NCBI GenBank assembly: GCA_964632315.1
Contig: CAZWEM010000005.1
Span: forward strand, 1 to 64,000
Direction: 5' to 3'
DNA length: 64,000 nt
Origin: an uncultured archaeon
GTDB taxonomy: Archaea; Asgardarchaeota; Lokiarchaeia; Sigyniarchaeales; SOKP01
The notes under the pieces were generated by a model. The model was not told where the DNA came from. It ran no database searches and saw nothing but the letters and a program-made list of their open reading frames with translations. The translations under genes and the position numbers were made by a program. Of this stretch, positions 58,531 to 64,000 are shown one piece after another; positions within the stretch are counted from its first letter, which is position 1; each line of letters opens with the position of its first letter.

Positions 58531-59094
58531 TTATTTATTTAGCCAATCATACTTAAAAAGAGCAAATTTTTCTCGATCGACGAATTTTCCATTTACAAAA
58601 ATCTCTTCTTTAAGCGTGCACTCATAAACGAAGCCTATTTTTTTAGCCACTCTTAATGACCTTTCATTTGGAGTAAATATACTGGTAAATATTTTATGAA
58701 AGTTGAGTTCTTCAAAGCCATACTGTATTACCAATTTTGCTACTTCTTCAGCCAAACCACGACCCCAATATTCAACTTCTCCAATATTTATGAAAAGATT
58801 AGCATTCCTATTGAGCCAGTTGATATGAAGGAAGCCAGTTAATCCTATTGGCTTTTTATCTTTTTTGTGATATATCTCAAATGAAATTTCTTCAGGCATC
58901 CCTTCTCCTGGAGGACCATATTTTTTTTTAATTTCTTCAATTGAACTTGGAAGGGGATTTCTGGCATATAATCGCCCTTCTGGATTATTAATCCAAAGAG
59001 CATATCTTTCAGCATTTTCAACATTAGTAGGGCATAGATCTACTCGTTCTCCTTTAAGGAATGGAGTTATTATTTTTTTATTCTTTTCTTCCAC
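58531..59094 (-). CDS. GNAT acetyltransferase, RimJ/RimL family (copy 2 of 5)
   Basis: EYWGRGLA, FEELNFHKI, NERSLRVAKKIGF. Confidence 0.92.
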   Translation of the reverse strand: MEEKNKKIITPFLKGERVDLCPTNVENAERYALWINNPEGRLYARNPLPSSIEEIKKKYGPPGEGMPEEISFEIYHKKDKKPIGLTGFLHINWLNRNANLFINIGEVEYWGRGLAEEVAKLVIQYGFEELNFHKIFTSIFTPNERSLRVAKKIGFVYECTLKEEIFVNGKFVDREKFALFKYDWLNK

Positions 59095-59106
59095 TATATA
59101 GCACCT

Positions 59107-59688
59107 TTAATTTTTCTCATTTTTGCGAATTAACCAATCTTTTTGAAGGTAACAATAATGCTTGACATCAAGGTATTCTCCATCTCTAAATGAATCTTCC
59201 TTTGAGCTACCTTCAAATCTAAAATTAAGTTTTTCTGCTACAGACCAAGATCCTTTATTTGGGAGTGCTACTGAACCACTTATTTTATTAAGATTAAGTT
59301 CTTCGAAAGCATATTTAAGCAAAAGTTCAACTGCTTCAGTAGCATAATTTTGATTCCAATAGTCCGTTTCTCCAATATTTGCATAAGCATTAGCCCAACC
59401 AGTAAACCAATTAATTCTACTCAGCCCTACTTCTCCAATTGGTTTATTATCAGTTTTGTGATAAACTACAAAACCGACCCATTCACCTAAACCTCCTTCA
59501 CGCACTCTTTCGAATCGTTGCTTCATGTTATCTTTAGTAGCTGGAAAAGGACCCCTTAGATATGTCCTTATTTTTGGATTATTTACCCAACGGACTCGTA
59601 TATCCACCCATTCCAATCGAGGAACTACTAAATCTACTCTTTCTCCTCTTAAGAAAGGTATAGGTTTTACTTGTTCTGTTTCAGCCAA
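59107..59688 (-). CDS. GNAT acetyltransferase, RimJ/RimL family (copy 1 of 5)
   Basis: DYWNQNYATEA, FEELNLNKI, NKGSWSVAEKLNF. Confidence 0.92.
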   Translation of the reverse strand: MAETEQVKPIPFLRGERVDLVVPRLEWVDIRVRWVNNPKIRTYLRGPFPATKDNMKQRFERVREGGLGEWVGFVVYHKTDNKPIGEVGLSRINWFTGWANAYANIGETDYWNQNYATEAVELLLKYAFEELNLNKISGSVALPNKGSWSVAEKLNFRFEGSSKEDSFRDGEYLDVKHYCYLQKDWLIRKNEKN

Positions 59689-59805
59689 ATTAATTCACTT
59701 AACTTTATTAATATATAACTAATTTAAACTCAATAAATAAATTGAAAAATTTCATTAAAATTTTTGTATTTCTGATTTCTGAAAGATTAAAATCAGACAT
59801 TATCA

Positions 59806-60996
59806 TCATAGGTAATCATTTTTCATTCGAGTAAATAACGTAAAAGCGATAATTGCACCTCCAACAAAAAGAAAGACATAAGAAATGTTTACAGTTCCAA
59901 TCACTCCTATGAGGAGATTAATTATTGCCATAAAAAAGCTTCCAAACATGTTTAATGTACTTAAAACTGTAGCACGTTCATCTGCTTCAATCTGTCTATT
60001 AATCCCATTTATATAAATTAAAGCGCGGGAATATCCAAATGCCACAATGAATAGAATAAGAAAGATCCCGATATATGGATTAATGTTGAAACTCATTAAG
60101 AGAAACGTAATTCCGTTAATCAAATCAATTATTATTAAAAAATAAAGCTTATTCTTGACTCTGGTCAAAATTCTAGGAATAATAAAACTAAATATTGCAT
60201 TTGTGATATTCATTCCAGCAGTGATAAAACCCCACCATAGTAATGGAACTCCGAGTGCTTGAAGATAAGGCTGATAAGTCCAAAAAAGCAGAAAAATAAG
60301 CGTGTTAATGAATAACCTATCAAAACATAGCGTCATCAAGATTTTATTTTTTCTTAATTCAATAAAACCTTGTTTTATTATGCTGAAATAGCTTTTATTC
60401 TCCTTTTCTTTTTTCTTATAGGGAGCCTCTTTAAAAGTAAATGCTACAATCAAACCGCCTATATATATTAAAGCTAAGCATGTCATTGTAAATTGGAGTG
60501 ATATATATTGAGCAATAACAGAACCAAGTGGAGCAGATAGAGTTAAAGCAATTAAATTGAATGTTTGGGTGTTCCCTAGAACCCTAGGAAGTTTCTCTTC
60601 GGCATTAAAGCTCTTCAGTGAACTATAGAGAAGTGCTTCATTTGTACCGGAGGATAGCGCGATACTTAAAGCCCATAAAGTCTCAGCAAGTACAAAGAGC
60701 AAGATATTAGCATAAGTACTATAAGCGAAAGCTGCTCCTATAACGCAAACAGATGAAAAGATTAAAGCCATTTTTCTCCCTATTAAATCTGCTATAGCCC
60801 CTGAAGGTATTTCAAATAAGAAGATGATAAACATAAAGTAACTTTGAAGTGCCATTATTTCAAAGAAGTTTAAACCCCCCCATTCGGTCATATACGCAAA
60901 ATAGACCCCTCTAACTGTGTGGACACCCATTATGAAACTATAAACATAATATTTATAGATATTCGATTTGTAATTTTCTTGATACATGGAGTTCAT
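59806..60996 (-). CDS. MFS transporter
   Basis: FEIPSGAIADLIGRK, SGTNEALLY, ERATVLS; about 12 TMs. Confidence 0.9.
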   Translation of the reverse strand: MNSMYQENYKSNIYKYYVYSFIMGVHTVRGVYFAYMTEWGGLNFFEIMALQSYFMFIIFLFEIPSGAIADLIGRKMALIFSSVCVIGAAFAYSTYANILLFVLAETLWALSIALSSGTNEALLYSSLKSFNAEEKLPRVLGNTQTFNLIALTLSAPLGSVIAQYISLQFTMTCLALIYIGGLIVAFTFKEAPYKKKEKENKSYFSIIKQGFIELRKNKILMTLCFDRLFINTLIFLLFWTYQPYLQALGVPLLWWGFITAGMNITNAIFSFIIPRILTRVKNKLYFLIIIDLINGITFLLMSFNINPYIGIFLILFIVAFGYSRALIYINGINRQIEADERATVLSTLNMFGSFFMAIINLLIGVIGTVNISYVFLFVGGAIIAFTLFTRMKNDYL

Positions 60997-61128
60997 AATT
61001 ATTTTTTCAAAAACTCTTTGCTTTTTAATGATCGATTATTTAAATAGAAGTCTTTTTGAAGTCTTTCTAAAATAACTGAAGTAGGATTAAAGTGAATTAA
61101 GTTAATAGAGATTACTTCTGTTCCTTTT

Positions 61129-62340
61129 TTAATCTTCTTTACTTATATCTTTCATTAGTTGATTAATTACCTCATAACGAGTCAAAAATACCTCAATTAA
61201 ACTATTTTCAAACACCAATTTTGGTCCTTTTTTTAAATCATTTTTGAGAAAAAGAGCATCAATTTTTTCAGAACTAAGCCAATCAGCTATCAGGATCCCT
61301 TTTCTTTTCTCAGTATTTTTAAACTTATTAGGATAAACTTCAAATTTAATTAATTTCTTGTCTTCAAACAATAAAAATGCAAAAAATGGGGATTCGCCGA
61401 AATGATCACTAATTCTTGAATTGACACCATCATTATTTAATAAGGGAACAGCTACTTTTTCTTGCGTTTTTTCTTGATGCTGTGCAATTATCAGAACTCG
61501 GAAGATATTTGGATATTGATCTAAAATTTTTGCACTAAGTTTATCTTTTAATTCTTTTATTTGATAAAGTGGCATCTCTCTTTTTAACAATACTTCAATC
61601 TCTAAAAATGTATATTTCCCGTAACCCCTCACTGCCAATGACAATACATTTTTAACATGTGGAAAACTTTCAATTAGATTGTAAAGTTCATTTCTTTTAT
61701 CAAAATCAATTACAGCATCTAGAAGTGTCTTGGTAGAATAAATGAAAATATCATACCCTCCTTTAATCATAAAAACAACAATTATCAAGGCAAAGATAGA
61801 ATCTAAAAGATACAACTTGAAAATAGCTCCAATAAATCCTAATAGGACAGTAAAGGATACAAAACTATCATAAAACTTTTCCTTTGCTTCTGAATTTAGA
61901 ATTGGTGATTTTTCTTTTTTAGAGATAATTTTTAAGAAAATTGCAATTCCGATTGCGGTTATTTGTGATATTACAAGAAAAATAAGTACTTCAGAAGAAA
62001 CAAATATTTTTTTCTCAGTTCCAGTAAAAAATTTAAAAATATCAATAGAAGACTCTTGAATTATATTAAATGCCGTAAAAAAAATAAAAATTGAAATCAC
62101 CAAACTGATTATATTTTCTAACCTGTAGTATCCAAGAGGAAATCTCTCATTTGGCTTTTTATTTGCAAATATAACACCTACTAACGATGCAATTATCATT
62201 ACCAAGTCAGTCACATTATCAATCGCATCTGCTTGAAGAGCAATGCTCCTAGTTATTAAAGAGAAGAAGACTTTGAAAATAATAAGTATTAGCGTAATTA
62301 TAAACAAAAATACGTTGATTAAAACTGACTTCTCTTTCAT
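61129..62340 (-). CDS. Cation diffusion facilitator fused to NifX/NifB-like (FeMo-co binding) domain
   Basis: SIALQADAIDNVTD, FPLGYYRLE, LDS; C-terminal KVAVP....SRISDHFGESPFF. Confidence 0.88.
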   Translation of the reverse strand: MKEKSVLINVFLFIITLILIIFKVFFSLITRSIALQADAIDNVTDLVMIIASLVGVIFANKKPNERFPLGYYRLENIISLVISIFIFFTAFNIIQESSIDIFKFFTGTEKKIFVSSEVLIFLVISQITAIGIAIFLKIISKKEKSPILNSEAKEKFYDSFVSFTVLLGFIGAIFKLYLLDSIFALIIVVFMIKGGYDIFIYSTKTLLDAVIDFDKRNELYNLIESFPHVKNVLSLAVRGYGKYTFLEIEVLLKREMPLYQIKELKDKLSAKILDQYPNIFRVLIIAQHQEKTQEKVAVPLLNNDGVNSRISDHFGESPFFAFLLFEDKKLIKFEVYPNKFKNTEKRKGILIADWLSSEKIDALFLKNDLKKGPKLVFENSLIEVFLTRYEVINQLMKDISKED

Positions 62341-62443
62341 TTTGACTCCTTATAATTCGCTATTGTATCTAGTAAATTTATATTATAGTTGTAAGAAAAG
62401 TTAAAAAAAAATATATTTCTATAATTTTAATTTAGTGATTGCT

Positions 62444-62656
62444 TTACATTAATTTCATTGCTAAGTCCATATCTTCGAGGGTTAATTTCTTTCTCCCAGC
62501 ATGACGGGTCATTTCTAACGCTTTATTAGTCGCGCCTTTAGCTACTTTTTCTAAATAATCAATTAAGGCATCTACAGCTTCTCTTGCGACCATATCTGCG
62601 CCATTATCTTTCATTAACTTTCGAACAGGACTCCATGCAAAAACTTTTTTAGCCAT
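62444..62656 (-). CDS. Archaeal histone (HMf-like)
   Basis: SPVRKLMK..GA..V..EA...HAGRKKLTLEDMDLA histone fold; GGAGG SD. Confidence 0.95.
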   Translation of the reverse strand: MAKKVFAWSPVRKLMKDNGADMVAREAVDALIDYLEKVAKGATNKALEMTRHAGRKKLTLEDMDLAMKLM

Positions 62657-63493
62657 TTTTTTTATTCCTCCACTATTTAATTTTAAATCAAAATACGTTT
62701 TATTTTTAACAAAAAACGTCTTTAAATAATATTACTTTATTCAAATATATAAATATTACGGCAAATTACCGAAATTGTATGTTGGGGTTAATGAATTTTC
62801 CAAGATCATCAATTCGACAAAATAGCGATGTCTTAGAAGAAAGGCGGTAGATGTGGTTCTGAGCCATTAGATCTGAGATAATTTTTTAATCTCAATCTAA
62901 TCCAAGTATTGGTCAATATCTCATTACTTTCAATTCAGTTTAGTGAAATAATATTTCTAGTTTTCCAGTTTATATGTCAGCATTATAAAGATTAATTTCT
63001 ATGCATTACATGTTTCACTATAATATTGATGGGATTTGCATATATTTTTAAATTTAAATGGACATTGTTTAATACATTGACTTGCATTACTGTGTACTGT
63101 TTAATCAATATCATAGTTGGTTTTTCTTTTGTAGTTATTGATATCTTTAGTTTGATTTCTGGACACTTGTTAAATAGATTTATAACTGGTTTTCAATTAT
63201 GTATTGTATTTCATCCCAAAATATACATTCAAAGAGGATGTTTAATGTAGGGTCTAGTGTTCGATTTTATCTTCATATAAGTTATGATAGTTTCCATAGA
63301 TGGAACCTCATTGCTGGATTCGAGAATGTAATACCTAACAGATTCACAAAAGCCTATTCATTGTATACTTTATGGATTTCTTGATTAGTAATTTATATCC
63401 ACAACAATCGACACGACTTGGTCATAAAAGATTAATCTAATATTTTGTAGTAAATTCTCTAAAATATTATCATCCCCTATAATAAGGTTATTT

Positions 63494-63823
63494 TTGATGG
63501 AAGAATCAGAAAAGAACAGAATTCTCGATATGCTGTTGGTATCGAAAATAGGCCAAAAAGCATTAAATAAGGTAAGTACATACAATCCAAATCTCATTGC
63601 TAATCTTTCTAAACAAGCCTATGATTTGTATATGATAAGGAAAAATATTTGTGAGGAAATATTTCCTGTAGTTACCACACCAAAAATAACTTTGAGTAAG
63701 GTTAAAGAATATATTCAGAATATGATAAATGAAAGTAATATTTTATTAGAGAAAGCAGAATCAGTAGAAGATAAAGAATTATTAAGTCTGAGAGTAGAAG
63801 AATTAAAAGATTTAATAAAATAA
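63494..63823 (+). CDS. Hypothetical helical protein
   Basis: 109-aa ORF with normal coding composition. Confidence 0.6.
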   Translation: MMEESEKNRILDMLLVSKIGQKALNKVSTYNPNLIANLSKQAYDLYMIRKNICEEIFPVVTTPKITLSKVKEYIQNMINESNILLEKAESVEDKELLSLRVEELKDLIK

Positions 63824-64000
63824 CTTTTTACAAAGTAATTCTAAATTTATTTGTTTATGATATGAATTTGATAATTTGCAATTTTTGATTTCACGATATA
63901 GGAATTTAAACAGAAATTGATATATTTTATGGCTTACTGAATTACTCATCCTAAATCTATAAATTTCGTGGTTTCTCATGAAAAAGGTTATTGCCATTAC

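Noticed and set aside
56727-59688. GNAT array as a diversity-generating retroelement or recombination cassette
   Set aside because: No reverse transcriptase or recombinase, no near-identical template/variable repeats seen, and all five ORFs are complete
63000-63355. Minus-strand frame with three TGA codons as Sec or recoded stops
   Set aside because: TGAs are not in Cys-like motifs, TGA is a normal stop in many genes here, and nearby frameshifts indicate decay
1543-63997. Numerous 60-110 aa ORFs antisense to or nested in larger genes (e.g. 4718-4924, 12319-13116, 27501-27840, 43280-44128, 47206-48017, 55488-56289)
   Set aside because: Shadow ORFs of well-supported genes with no motifs or SD support

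Overview
AT-rich archaeal chromosomal segment, most consistent with an Asgard archaeon (Lokiarchaeia-like). Support: archaeal aIF-1A, HMf-type histone, Sm protein, tungsten AOR, ADP-forming acyl-CoA synthetase, an intron-containing tRNA, GGTGA/GGAG-type SD sites and a longin-like protein. Most of the window is heterotrophic metabolism and transport: two GH51 arabinofuranosidases, rhamnulokinase, acetoacetate-CoA ligase, CoA transferase, glycerate kinase, Lpd, a class III aminotransferase, a Zn/Mn ABC system with a DtxR regulator, MFS and CDF transporters. I found no mobile element, CRISPR array or rRNA. Highlights: (1) a 37-45 kb cluster whose products look, by eye, like membrane-trafficking parts: a cytoplasmic protein with a mu-homology-domain-like region and an (E4DED2)x4 acidic repeat, a BBS2-like FG-GAP beta-propeller with winged helices, a longin-like protein and a large type-I surface protein; (2) four otherwise intact genes whose conserved N-termini seem to need near-cognate starts (ATC, ACG, CTG, ATA/ATT); (3) a tRNA-Arg(CCT) with two introns, one in the T-loop; (4) five tandem RimJ/RimL-type GNAT paralogues downstream of a histone gene; (5) a synonymously recoded relic of the Sm gene 3' end; (6) several decayed gene fragments. 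All protein assignments come from motif recognition only; no database search was run.
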